NCBI GenBank assembly: GCA_951406725.2
Contig: OX597835.1
Location: forward strand, 34,348,001-34,412,000
Source of the DNA: Octopus vulgaris
Taxonomy: Eukaryota
Length of the DNA stretch: 64,000 nt
Direction: 5' to 3'
Positions 1 to 14,460 of this stretch are shown here, piece after piece; position 1 is the stretch's first letter; each line of letters begins with the position of its first letter. The position numbers and the translations under genes are program-made. The notes beneath the pieces are model-generated. The model ran no database searches. It saw only the letters and a program-made list of their open reading frames with translations, and was not told the origin of the DNA.

Positions 1-383
1 ATGTATGTATGCATGTATGTATATACATATATACACTGACACACACACATACTTACACACACACACACGCGTACACACAAATAAACACACACATACACAT
101 ATGTATGAGCTGTAGCTTCGCTGGGTGGTTACTGCACGATATGCGTCTTGTTGAGGTCAGGTCCTATATAATTGCAAAATCTAATCTCTGGAAGACTGTT
201 GATAACTTTTGGCACACCAAGGCAGTCGATTAAAGTGCTCATGTGTGCGTGTGTGTACGTGTGTGTGTGTGCATGTGTGTGTGAGTGTGCGCGCGCGTGT
301 GTGTGTTTATACACACAGACATTAGCAAATATACGTACATAGTTATATACATGCCGGTGTGCACGAGTACGCAAACACAAGCA

Positions 384-432
<49 letters not shown>

Positions 433-546
433 ATGTATCTATGTATCTATATATATATATATATACATATATATATGTATGTATGTATACAAGAGGGGAA
501 TGAAAGACTATATAAACGGATAAATATATGTATTTATATTATATAT

Positions 547-779
547 CTGCGACGATTTCATCTCAATCGAAGGAGAGGGGCTTTCTCCGTCCGGGTTGCG
601 GATTCGTGGAACAAGCTGCCGGACGAGATAGTGAAGATGCCGACGACCGTTCGGTTCAGTCTCCCTTGACCACAAATGGCCTGAACTCTTTACATGAACA
701 GCACCCTGTACATAACTCCATGTCCCCCTACATGGCCTTGCTTTTTGCTTTTTGAGCCAAAAAATTAACTAACTAACTA
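547..779 (+). mobile_element. 3' fragment of CR1/L2-group LINE, same family as 14540-16021
   Basis: Near-identical to 15787-16021 (LRRFHLNRRRGAFSVRVAD.WNKLP), same 3' UTR and (TAAC)n tail. Confidence 0.9.
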
Positions 780-844
780 TATATATATACTTGCATTTTG
801 GCACATATAAACACACGATATATGTATACATACATATACACACA

Positions 845-1123
<279 letters not shown>

Positions 1124-1329
1124 TGTGTGTGTGCGTGTGTGTGTGTGTGTCGAAGAGGTTATGAGTTTCACAAGAGTAAATTTATATTAAAAACAAGAAG
1201 AAAATCGTTTGAAAACTTTATCGTTGACACAAGAAAGAAAGTATTTACATTTTCACCAAGTCATAGGCGCAGGGGTGGCTGTGTGGTAAGTAGCTTGTTT
1301 ACCAACCACATGGTATTTTCCTTGGCTTG

Positions 1330-1845
1330 TGTGGAGGCTCGTGGCTTAGTGGTTAGGGTGTCAGCATCATGATCGTAAGATTGTGGTTTCGATTCTGGAC
1401 CGGGCGACGCGTTGTGTTCTTGTGCAAAACACTTCATTTCACGTTGCTCCAGTCCACTCAGCTGGCAAAAATGAGTAACGCTGCGATGGACTGGCATCCC
1501 GTCCAGCTGAGGAACACATACACCATTGAAACCGGGCCCATGAGCCTGACTAGGCTTTAAAAGGGCGCATTTATTTGTGGAGGCGCGTGACTTAATGCTT
1601 AGGGTGTCAGCATCATGATCGTAAGATTGTGGTTTCGATTCCTGGACCGGACGACGCGCTGTGTTCTTGAGCAAAACACTTCATTTCATGTTGTTCCAGT
1701 CTACTCAGCTGGCAAAAATTAGTAACTCTGCAATGGACTGGAGTCCCGTGTCCAGCTGGGGAAAACATACGCCATTGAAACCGGGAAACCGGGCCCATGA
1801 GCCTGGCTAGGCTTTAAAAAGGGCGTATTTATTTATTTATTTATT
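1330..1845 (+). mobile_element. Head-to-tail pair of tRNA-derived SINEs (family B, gtggaggcgc head)
   Basis: Two similar ~250-bp units at ~1330 and ~1577 with A/B-box-like tggcttagtgg and ggtttcgattc; (TTTA)n tail; tttccttggc on both sides (possible TSD). Confidence 0.8.
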
Positions 1846-1863
1846 TCCTTGGCATGTGGTTGG

Positions 1864-1895
<32 letters not shown>

Positions 1896-1989
1896 TTGCT
1901 GTTGCTGTTGCGGTTGTTGCTTTTATTTCCCACTCGTTGAAACTACCACAGAGTTTCAGTAATGATTAAAAACAAACAAAAAAAAAACT

Positions 1990-2165
1990 ACCACCAGTAC
2001 TCTAACACCACCGCCGCCGCCACTACTACTAACACTACCATTTCCACTACTGCTATCACCACCACAACCACCCCCACCATCAGAACTATTTTTACTACTG
2101 CTGTTACGATTAGAACCACTAAAACTACTACCGACACAACTACTTTTCCTTCCTTTGCCACAACA

Positions 2166-2219
<54 letters not shown>

Positions 2220-2420
2220 GCTACCACTACCACTACTATTACTAGTACTACTACCCCTACTTTTACTACTACCACAACAACTACAAGCACAGCTACTACT
2301 ACTACATCTACTACTACTTCTGTTACTAAAACTAATACCACTACCACCGCCACCACCACCACTACTACTACTATTACTACTACTACTACCACCATCATTA
2401 CTACTATTATTGTCACTCAT
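1990..2420. repeat. (ACT/ACC)n trinucleotide low-complexity tract
   Basis: Direct inspection; source of poly-T/V/L/S ORFs. Confidence 0.9.
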
Positions 2421-2943
2421 CAAGTAGCAATTGTGTAATATACCTTGATGCAAATGAATTACATACAAACACACACACACACAACATACATTCAAAAACA
2501 CATACACATACGCATACACTCACACACTAAAACGCATACGCTGGCAGACTGATAGACACGCCGACAGGCGGACAGACGGACAGACAGACAGGTGCGTCCC
2601 TATATATTTCGAGATGAGCGATGCGAAATGGCGGCAAACATCTGAAGCCGTAATGTGACCCCCGTGAGAAATAGACTCTCTCCCCTTCGTCTGAATTAGA
2701 GGGACATGAGGGGGGGAAGAGAAGGTGAAAGAAAGAGAGAAGGAGAGGAAAGATACTGATACAACATAAGGATTGGATAACATCGTTGTCGTCGTCGCCA
2801 TCGTCGTCATAACAATCGTCATCACCGTCATCATGGCTTCGTTATCGTTGTTTGATCGAAAAAAGGGGAGATGAAATATACCCACAAACACAAATTGCAC
2901 ACACATACAAACGCACACCGCCCCCCACATATATATATATATT

Positions 2944-2998
<55 letters not shown>

Positions 2999-3246
2999 AT
3001 ATATATATATATATGTGGGGGGCGGTGTGCGTGTGTATGTGTGATATATATATATATATACAAATATATATATATATATGTGGGGGGCGGTGTGCGTGTG
3101 TATGTGTGATATATATATATATATACAAATATATATATATATATATGTGGATGCGGTGTGCGTGTGTATGTGTGTGCATGTATATTTGCATGTGCGTATG
3201 AATGCATTTGTGCCTATACATGTGCGTGTGTATATATATATATATA

Positions 3247-3454
3247 CTCTTTTTACTCTTTTATTTGTTTCAGTCATTTGACTGTGGCCATGCTGGAGCA
3301 CTACCTTTAGTCGAGCAAATCGACCCCAGTACTTATTCTTTGTAAGCCTTGTACTTATTCTATCGGTCTCTTTTTGCCGAACCGCAAAGCTACGGGGACG
3401 TAAGCACACCAGCATCGGTTGTCAAGCGATGTTGGGGGACAAACAGACACACAA

Positions 3455-3523
<69 letters not shown>

Positions 3524-3683
3524 CATATATACGACGGGCTTCTTTCAGTTTCCGTCTACCAAATCCACTCACAAAGCTTTGGTCGGCCCGAGGCTATTGT
3601 AGAAGACACTTGCCCAAGGTGCCACGCTGTGGGACTGAACCCGGAACCATGTGGTTGGTAAGCATGCTACATACCACACAGCC
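3247..3683 (-). mobile_element. Abundant microsatellite-containing SINE (family A)
   Basis: Head ggctgtgtggt..ggttccgggttcagtccc, internal TA/TG microsatellite, tail gtgctccagcatggcc(a/g)cag..gtaaaagag; more than a dozen full or partial copies, e.g. 10150-10480, 11208-11620, 16845-17205, 22615-22978, 36222-36598, 39690-40108, 40200-40525, 51410-51800, 54527-54895, 58478-59083. Confidence 0.9.
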
Positions 3684-3689
3684 AAAAAT

Positions 3690-4000
3690 GAAAATTAGGG
3701 AACCAATGAAGTGATAGACTTACCCTTGAAGTTTGACATCGTCGTAAATTCATGTTTATCTATCTTCTTAGATGCACCAAACGATGTCATTTACAGAGTT
3801 GTATTGTCTGATATTGTTCAGAAAATCCTTTGACTGGATGTAAGTGCCTTCTAGAAGACCCATAAGAGGTTGAGAAGGAGCTGGTAGTGCTGGCAATGTT
3901 ACCTGACCGCCTGAGCAGCACATACCATTTGTTTCATTTGAAAATTTTAAAGCTCTACAGAAAAGACAATTTGTGTTTAGCACACCAATTTGAACAGAGT
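3690..4000 (-). pseudogene. Helitron RepHel N-terminal coding fragment, frameshifted
   Basis: CLFCRALKFSNETNGMCCSGGQVTLP...FLNNIRQYNS, followed in other frames by MTSFGA and KLQG*VYHFIGSL, motifs typical of the Helitron RepHel N-terminus. Confidence 0.8.
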
Positions 4001-4335
4001 TATTATTTTTATAAGAATGGGATGGATCATATCTGAAAACAGCTTCAGTAGTTGTGAAGAACGAATTTGTACGTAGTCTGTTTCTGAGAGCTATTCTATT
4101 GGACCTCTGTCTAATTGTTAAAACATTGATTTAATAATCCAGCATTAAGTGCTGCAATATGCATTTGCTGATCTTGAGAAAATCTCATCTAGCTTCTCTC
4201 TTCAGACTCTCGCCTTCGGTTTTCTACAATCCTCCTTGCTTTATACTTGTTTCTGGAGAGATTACGTCTTTTCTTTGGTGGCATATTTTTCCCAATATTG
4301 TAAACAAAAAATTATGAACATAGAAAGAAATTATA

Positions 4336-5415
<1,080 letters not shown>

Positions 5416-5563
5416 TCAAAAAGCAATAAAGATTCAAGTTAATTTAAATGAATTTACTTGAATATGGTACCTAACTTAGATGCACCAAAAAACTATACGG
5501 TTTTAACAATGCAGTAATGTGGGGTGATTATAAGCGAGAAAGAAGCAACAAGAATGGATAGGT

Positions 5564-5654
5564 TTTTAGTACAATCGTTTCATACAAGGACAGGCTTTAT
5601 TAAAAGTTGCAAAAATTGCAGCATATAAACGTGTCCCGTACTCATCAGCTAAAA
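5564..5654 (-). ncRNA. Minimal type I hammerhead ribozyme motif in the PLE pseudo-LTR (sense to the ORF)
   Basis: Minus strand: TTTTAG-CTGATGA-GTACGGGACA..TGTCCTTGTAT-GAAAC-GATT-GTA-CTAAAA; stems I and II pair, stem III near-palindromic ACGATTGT. Confidence 0.8.
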
Positions 5655-7113
5655 TACATGTGAGTTCTCTAGACATCCTAGTGGTTGAGGCTATACTCAT
5701 GAAGTAATGTAGATAATTAAGTAACATAAACAGATTTCCAAAGTTCATTAAAGTTCTTTAAAGATGATGTACAGTCTTATCACAGAATTTAAAAAAGTTT
5801 TTATAGCATCACAGAGAAGGTGACTTAATCCATAGTGTACATATGAATTTCCAGAGATATGAGGAGGGATTACATACTCACAGACGACAAATTTATCCAT
5901 TGCTAATCACAACGAGGTGGGTCTCAATTCCTGCTTATTAGCATTACAGAGAGGGTGAATTAATCCTTTGTATAGATGCACAATTTCCAATGGTGTAGAT
6001 GTAAATTTCCAGAGAAATGAAGAGGAATTTCATATTCACAGGCGATAAATTTATCAATGGTTGAACACAATGAGGTAGGTATCAATTCTTGCTATATGAT
6101 TAGGTATTTGCCACATTAATCACATTACTGCTGTTATCAAGAGACTGTAGCTATTTAACTTTTAAAGGCTGAAGGGCTTTCTAGAGAGGCAAAGAACAGA
6201 AAAGGGAAGGAAAGAGAAGAAAAGAGAGAAAATAAAGGAGGAGGGAGCAAAGGGGGTGGGGACTAAAAGAGAAGAGAAAAGGAAAAAGAAAAAAGAAAAA
6301 AAGAGAAGAAGAAGAAGAAGAAAAAGAAAAAAGAGAAAAGAGAAAGAAATAGGGAAAGAAGGGAAAAAGAAAAAGAAAAAAAGAGGGTTCTAGTTATACA
6401 GAAGAATTAGTAGACGGCAAGTCTGGTTTTAATTTGCAGGCATCTAGGAACTAGAGGAGAATATTATTCCTTGACCAGTAAAACAGCTAATTTATTGCTG
6501 TTGAAAGCAGCTATGAATTTAAAGAGAATCTAAAGAGATAACAAGGTCAGGGGTTTAGGGGTCAAAGGCTAAAATCAAAAGAAAAAACATTAGGAAAATC
6601 TAAGTATAATCTTATCAAAAAGTCATTAAAATTTATTTATTTAATTTATTCATTTTACTGTCTTAAGGAGTTGCCGTTATTATTCATACATTGACGGACT
6701 ACAGGTCAAATCTTAGAAGATCATTTACAAGGTGTTAGGGAATTGTCTATCATAATGAAGATAATCATACTATCACCGAGGGAGTAGCCTTATTTATTTA
6801 ATTTTGAAATAGAATTATGGGGCTTTAGTAACTCATTTTATTTTATTAAAGTTATGCTACTTAAATTAGATTAAGTTAAGAATTAAAAATTAAAAATTAA
6901 AATTAAGATTTAAAATTATGAATTTGAAATTAAATAAAGCCTCAATTAAGCAGCGTATAAGTACTATTCATTTCCCTGTTCTCAAAAAACTGATGCAGAT
7001 ATAAGGAAAAAGATAACTGTAGTGTGAGAACTCTTAGTTATCTACTTAAAGCAGTGCTATACTAGTAAAAATCAAGTAATATCTATCTATCTATCTAGTT
7101 ACGAATATTCTAA

Positions 7114-9476
7114 TCATTTAAAATATTTTAAAGTCTTCAATTTAGCGTGGACACAAACTTGACCTAGTTCGATATGGTTATTCAATAAGTTTCTATGTTT
7201 TCTATGCTTTAGAATTTCATACGTCTCCATGGAGCATAGTTGGCAACCAACCCTGCTATTTTTATACGGAATTGCTCTCCTAACTATTTCCCAATTAAGG
7301 TTATAATTATTGTTATTATTTTTGAGTTCCCAGATTTTGTTTGAAAGTGTGGTGGTACCAGCTTTATGACGTAATTTAAAAGACGAGATGTGATTTCTAA
7401 CTCTGGCTAGAAAATTAATTGTACATCCAATGTAAAAATATTTGTTATTCTCCGTGGATATGGTACATTTATAGATTACATTATTTTCCCCGCATAGACC
7501 AGGTGCCGGGCATTTTGATTTTATTCTACACTTACACACAGGAGGAACAACTTCAGGTTTTGGATTATTCTTGGGTAGATGTCTTAGGTTCCTATTATTT
7601 TGATTATCATGAGTATAATTGTCCTTATTGTTATTAATATTTCTATAGTTGGTGCTGATATCTAAAGTATTGCTATTATTTATTGATCCTTCTGTTTCAT
7701 CTTTTAGGTCTAAAGTCCTACCATGATTTCTTATATTATTGGTAATGTTACTATTATTGTTAGTCTTTTTATCCGACTGCATATTGTTGTTATAGATATC
7801 ACTGATATTTTCATTCTCCTTATTTTCTCCATTAGCCTTATTTCTATTATTAACATTATTTCTTCTATTAATATCGGTATTGTTATTATTACTATTAATG
7901 TTAATGTTATTAGTCATTCTGTGGTTACTAATTTCACCCATGTTTTGATAGTTACTATTGCTGTTTTTATTGTTGGTAGTATTATTATAATTGCTATTGG
8001 TATTCATGCTGATATTATTATTTTTATTTCTATCTTTCCTGGCTAGTTTAATGTTGTTATTATTAATCTTAGCTATTAAAGTGGACATATTTGGGAGGGT
8101 TGAATAAGAAATCCTAACTGTTTTCCTAGAAATAATTCTATGATATCTATGAGAGATTGGGAAATTTTTTTCCAGAATTACTTTGAATTTGTTCTGTATA
8201 TCCGATTGTATCGCACAGTTGAAAGGAATATTCAGCCATATTATATCTTTTTTATTAAATTTAGGGTTATTACTATTCATCTCACCGGAGTTATTGTATT
8301 TATTACCATTATTTTTATTTTTATTTGTGTGCATCTTTGGTTTATCTACTTCGATATTATCCGAGTTACCTATGTTCTGGTCAATGCTTCTATTTGAATT
8401 GTTGGGCCTGTACGTTAGATTAGCGTTTACCGTTAATTTAATTCTACTTTTATTTCGGGCTTGGTCTGTATTGCTGCTTACGTGATTACTGATAACTTCT
8501 TTATTAGGAATACGTAAGTTCTCCTTATCAACGAATGTAATCTTTTGGTTGTATCCAGCCTTAGTTAACGCCGCATTATAATGCTCAGAATGGGAGTTAA
8601 ATATATCCTTATTGGATGATAATTTTGAAATTCTTAATGAAATATTTCTTACTAAAGATTCAATTATATTTGGGGGATGATTTGATAATTTATTTACGTA
8701 ATTCGTGATTTCGCCTTTCTTTCTAAATGGGTAATGCAGCTTGGAGTTAAGGTCTAGCGTAATATCTAGGAAGTTAACTATTTTAGTGCCCGGTTCATAC
8801 CTTATGCTGAGGTTGAAATCCTTAAAGAACTTATTAATTTTCTTTCTAATCCTTTCTATAACAGATTTATTATTACTAGGGATAACAAACAGAGCATCAT
8901 CCCTATATAGACCCCCCTGTAACTCTGGGATATCCTTGCTTATGCATTTTAATAGATATGCGCCTACTAGGTTGGTTACCTCAGCCGAATCACTGGAACC
9001 CATTGGTATATCAAAATAATTAGGTGTATCTGCTCTAGTCCATAATTTATCTTCAAATTCTATAAATGTCTTCCTAGCTAGTAGCACAATATTGATTTCT
9101 TCTCTAGATATGAGGGAGCGATTCATGGCAAATATTAGTGATTTGTTGAGTAAGATAGGGGAAATACTAGAGTAATAACTATTAATATCGAACTGAATAA
9201 AGGACAGACTACTAGTATTAGTTAGAGAGTTAAACCATTTTAGAACTTCGTCCGTACTTAGCCATAGGTTTAAGGGGAGAAGAGGGGTTATTTGGGGTAG
9301 AACAGTATCCAGGATAGATTTACTAAGTCGGCCAATGTCCGACTTAGTTGGACAGATCAGCCTTACCGAAGGGCTTTCCAAGAAATTCTTTTTGTGGTCT
9401 TTAAGGTTGATCCTGGGCTCACACGGTTTAAACGGCTCTGTTCTATCCGTTAAATTTAGTTTCTCCATGATCTCCA
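7114..9476 (-). CDS. PLE reverse transcriptase with C-terminal GIY-YIG endonuclease (5'-truncated, uninterrupted)
   Basis: RT motifs FIQFDINSYY, FDIPMGS, GLYRDDALF, VNFLDITLDL, SNHPP; endonuclease region CKCRIKSKCPAPGLC-VIYKC-YIG-RVRNH-CQLC-E-LLN-CVH. The listed N-terminal MYRCTIS comes from the inverted repeat arm. Confidence 0.92.
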
Positions 9477-9812
9477 TGGAAATTGTGCATCTATACAAAG
9501 GATTAATTCACCCTCTCTGTAATGCTAATAAGCAGGAATTGAGACCCACCTCGTTGTGATTAGCAATGGATAAATTTGTCGTCTGTGAGTATGTAATCCC
9601 TCCTCATATCTCTGGAAATTCATATGTACACTATGGATTAAGTCACCTTCTCTGTGATGCTATAAAAACTTTTTTTAAATTCTGTGATAAGACTGTACAT
9701 CATCTTTAAAGAACTTTAATGAACTTTGGAAATCTGTTTATGTTACTTAATTATCTACATTACTTCATGAGTATAGCCTCAACCACTAGGATGTCTAGAG
9801 AACTCACATGTA

Positions 9813-9903
9813 TTTTAGCTGATGAGTACGGGACACGTTTATATGCTGCAATTTTTGCAACTTTTAATAAAGCCTGTCCTTGTATGAAACGATTGTACTA
9901 AAA
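9813..9903 (+). ncRNA. Second copy of the hammerhead motif in the inverted pseudo-LTR arm
   Basis: Reverse complement of 5564-5654. Confidence 0.8.
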
Positions 9904-9933
9904 ACCTATCCATTCTTGTTGCTTCTTTCTCGC

Positions 9934-10014
<81 letters not shown>

Positions 10015-11060
10015 ACTGCGGCCATACTAGAGGGCCGATATATCCTTCTTTCCTGAGCGTCCAGTAATACTATATTTGTTCCACGTCCACGCGTTGTGTT
10101 TTTTTGTGCTTTCATGTTTGGATTAACTATATATATATATATGATCTTTTATTGTTTTATTGTTCCACTTGTTTCAGTCACTTGACTGCGGCCATGCTGG
10201 AGCACTGCTGTAAGGGAGTTTAGTCGAACAAGTTGACCCCAGGACTTATTCTATCGAAACTTTTTACCGAACTGCTAAGTTACGGAAATGTAAATACAGA
10301 CTCAAAGTCATAGATATAAACATATATATTCATATATACGATGGGCTTCTTTACAGTTTCCGACAACCAAATCCACTCAGAAGGCTTGATCGACTCCTGG
10401 TTATAGTAAAAGATACCTACCCAAGGTGCCACGCAGTGAGATTAAACCAGGGACCATGTGGTTGGGAAACAAGCTTCTTATATAAGGGCTTTTAGCTCTT
10501 ATTTCTAGTACTGTATGCGCTACCCTGCTCCGTCAATCTCAATTAGTGACAATTAAAGTTTTACTTTTTAGTTATATATATGTATGTATGTATATATATG
10601 CATACACACACACTCAAGCACACATACACACACACACGCACGTATGTATGTATGTATGTATGTATGTATGTATGTATGTATGTATGTATGTATGTATGTA
10701 TATATGTATGCATGTATGCATGTATGCATGTATGCATGTATGTATGTATGTATGTATGTATGTATGTATGTATATATATATATATGCATACACACACACT
10801 CAAGCACACATACACACACACACGCACGTATGTATGTATGTATGTATGTATGTATGTATGTATGTATGTATGTATGTATGTATGAGGTCGAATATGAATC
10901 AGTGGAAACAGTAGGTGCGGACACACATCAGCGAGGGAAGGGCAGTGCGCTGTAAAGCAGACGAGAGGAAGGCCCCGAAACGGTGCGCATTCTCTGCTGA
11001 TGAACCATGAAACTTTATGGCATCCGGTATGCAGAGATTTCGACTGAGTGCACCTCCACT

Positions 11061-11134
<74 letters not shown>

Positions 11135-11140
11135 ATTTAT

Positions 11141-11182
<42 letters not shown>

Positions 11183-11341
11183 CTATCTCTCTGCTGTATG
11201 TTCATATAGGCGCAGAAATGGCTGTGTGGTAAGACGCTTGCTTCTCAACCACATGGTTCCGGGTTCAGTCCAGCTCCAAGGCACCATGGCCGACCAAAGC
11301 CTTGTGAGTGGATTTGGTATATGGAAACCGAGAGAAACCTG

Positions 11342-11395
<54 letters not shown>

Positions 11396-11635
11396 GTGTG
11401 TGTGTGTGCCTGTGTATTTGTATGCCTGCGTTTGTCCACCCACCCCACCGATGTTGGTGTGTTTACGTCCACGTAACTTAGTAGTTCGGCAAAACAGACC
11501 GATAGATTAAGTACTGGGCTTACAAAGAATAAGTCCTGGAGTCGATTTGTTCGATTAAAAGGCGGTGCCCCCAGCATGGGCGCGGTCAACTGACTGCAAC
11601 AAATAAAAGGATATAAGAATGTAAGCATATATACA

Positions 11636-11682
<47 letters not shown>

Positions 11683-11685
11683 ATG

Positions 11686-11719
<34 letters not shown>

Positions 11720-12071
11720 TGTAGGTATGTAGGTATGTATGTAGGTATGTAGGTATGTAGGTATGTATCACACACACTCACACATATATATTTATATATA
11801 TATTATATCTTTTTATCTTTTACTTGCTCCAACGATTTGATTGCGGCCATGTTAGGGAGCCGCCTTGAAGGGTTCTAGTCGAACAAATCGACCCCAAGGT
11901 ACTTTTTAAGCCTGGCACTTATTCTATCGATTCCTATATGTAGAACCGCTAAGTCACAGAGACGTAAACACACCAAGACCAGTTGTCAAACTGTGAAAGG
12001 AGAGAATCACAGACACAAAGACACATACATACACACATAGCTATATACATAAACATATACATACATATATA

Positions 12072-12747
12072 AAGGGTGCGTAAGATATTTGAGGACAGAT
12101 TTATGTTTAGAAAAAGGAACATATGTAATAACAGATAATAACTTTATTTATCAAAAAGTGTTATGAGGATAAAAATAAACATTATTTTCTATAATGTTAT
12201 TCAATAAAGCCACCTTCACCTTCAACAACTGCTTCTATATGAGATCTAAATGCTCTACATGCTCGAATCAAGTGGTCCTGGTTCATTTTGGACATTACTC
12301 TCACTATGGTAGCTTTCAAAGAATCTTTGGTGTTATAGACGTGTTCATTGACCTCTCTCTCTCTCTCAACAACACCCCACATGTAATAATCCAATAGATT
12401 GAGATCTGAGGAATTAGTATGCTAAATGTTAGGGGTTATGTGATCATGGACATTTTCAGCCATCCATTCCTGTGTTACTAGAACCATGTGTGATAGTGCA
12501 GAGTCTTACTGAAGCACATATGGCCTTCCATTGCATACACAGTCTATCCAGGGCTTAACAATTATCTCCAGGACCTCAATGTAGGCGGCGGAGTTAACTC
12601 TAAGGCCTTGTGGAAAGAAGTAAGGAGGCATCACATGTCCTTCATTGCTGACAGCCCCTAAAACCATGACAGTTGCAGGAAATTTTGTATGCATAACACT
12701 TGGAACTTCAGAAGGGTCTTCACATAACCATCTGTCATTTCTTCTGT
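12072..12747 (-). pseudogene. Degenerate Tc1/mariner DD37D (maT-like) transposase fragment with one terminus
   Basis: VMVLGAVS...YVLQ*DSALSH...NSSDLNLLDYYMWG; 37 residues counted between the last two Asp; in-frame stops; TIR-like agggtgcgtaagatatttgaggac near TA. Confidence 0.8.
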
Positions 12748-13284
12748 AGACGGAAACTGAAAGAAGCCCGTCGTATGTGTGTGTGTGTGTGTGTTTGTGT
12801 GTGTTTGTGTGTGTCTGTTTGTCTGTCTGTTTGTCCCACACACGCGCGCGCGAGCACAACATCACTTGACAACCGGTGTTGGTGTGTTCACGTCCCTGTA
12901 ACTTAGCGGTTCAGCAAAATAGACCGATAGAATAAGAACTAGGCTTCCAAAGAATAAGTCCTGGGATCGATTTGTTAGGCTAAAGGTGATGCTCCAGCAT
13001 GGCCGCAAACGAATGGCTGAAACAAATAAAAGAATAAAAGAAAAGAACAAAAGAATATATGTGTGTGTACATATGTTCGTATGTGTATATATGCTGGAAT
13101 GCGCTCCGTGTGAATAAGAATGTCTGTGCGCGTGTGTGTGTGAAAGAGAGAGTGTGTGAGTGTGTGTGTGTTTGTGCGCGTGAATAAAGATGTCCGCTTG
13201 TGATTTAAAAGTGTGTGAATCAGTAAATTGCAGAGAGTAATATAAGTATTCGTGTGCCGGCAATACGTGTGTATACGTATGCCC

Positions 13285-13341
<57 letters not shown>

Positions 13342-13494
13342 CGTGTTCCGACGGGAGGAAACAGCAATGTCAGCTCTGTGAAAGAAAGTCCTGTTATAGT
13401 TCAGTGTAGTGGTGGTGGTGGTGATGTTGGCGGTGGCTGCTACAAGAGGAGGAGAAGTGGGAGGGGAGGTATCTTATCATACTTCCTTGCCCAA

Positions 13495-13531
<37 letters not shown>

Positions 13532-13619
13532 CTATTTTATCGCTATCTTCTTATTTTTCATATCGCTTTCTTGCTCTCTCTCTCTCTCCATCTCTTTCTC
13601 TCTCTCTCTCTTTCTCTCT

Positions 13620-13654
<35 letters not shown>

Positions 13655-13714
13655 CTATCTCTCTGGCTGTCTCTTTTTCTTTTCATTTTGTAAGCATTCC
13701 TTCAGGCAACGCCC

Positions 13715-13760
13715 ACATCTGCTGCCAATCACAGAAAAAGGACCAATCGCAGCGTGTGTC
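13715..13760 (+). promoter_or_regulatory. Paired CCAAT boxes (candidate NF-Y sites)
   Basis: gccaatcacag and accaatcgcag about 19 bp apart in non-repetitive sequence. Confidence 0.25.
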
Positions 13761-14460
13761 TCGTGTCATTTCAAATTAGCACGAAAACACACACACACAC
13801 ACACACGCGCGCGCACGCACACGCACTACACATAAATACACACAAACACGTATAAACACTCACATTACAGCAGGAAACCTCACAATCTCCTTTCCACTTT
13901 GTTTAGTTAACTCTTTCTCACACACTTAGCCTCCCCCCCCGCTTTAATATACCTTACTCTTTCTCTCTCCCTCCCTCCCTCCCTTTCTCCTGTATACGTT
14001 CTCAACGTATCTACACATCCCTCCCCCCACCACCACCACCTCGCCTCTCTTCCTATATCTCTCTTTGTTTTCAGTCTTACAGTCATCCCAGTTCTACGAC
14101 GCCATTCTCCGTGGTGCAGTATTTTAGGAGCAGCCGGCTTGAGGACTCTGCGTGTGCGTGTGTGTGTGTATGTGTCTGTCTGTGTTTGTGTGTCTGTGTG
14201 TGTGTATGTGAGCGCGTGTCTGCCATGCTAGAGAAAGCTAAGCAGAGAAGTTGGTACTTAGACAACCGCGAGACAGACAGACAGGCAGCGAGGCAGACAG
14301 ACATATTCAGAACGCCGGACAAATAACTAAACATGTTCTTCGCTTACCATCCACTTGTCTGAGCCATTGATCTGCGGCCATGCTGGAGCAGCACACCCCC
14401 GTAGGATTTTAGTCGAAGAAATCTCACCCAGTACTTATTATTATCATTATTATTATTATT

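Larger units (their letters stand above)
5415..9934 (-). mobile_element. 5'-truncated Penelope-like retroelement (Naiad-like) with inverted pseudo-LTR, inserted in (TA)n
   Basis: RT plus GIY-YIG ORF; ~456-bp inverted repeat 5534-5989 / 9477-9933; hammerhead motif in each arm; (TA)n on both flanks. Confidence 0.92.

Noticed and set aside
1956-2519. Mucin-like Thr/Ser-rich ORFs
   Set aside because: Open in several frames on both strands because of trinucleotide repeats; no supporting domain
5566-5748. Identical 60-aa ORFs at 5566-5748 (-) and 9719-9901 (+)
   Set aside because: Consequence of the inverted pseudo-LTR; overlaps the hammerhead; no coding evidence
7114-7560. Selenocysteine recoding in the Naiad-like ORF
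   Set aside because: No in-frame TGA at conserved Cys positions; the terminal TGA follows the last motif and a TAA comes five codons later
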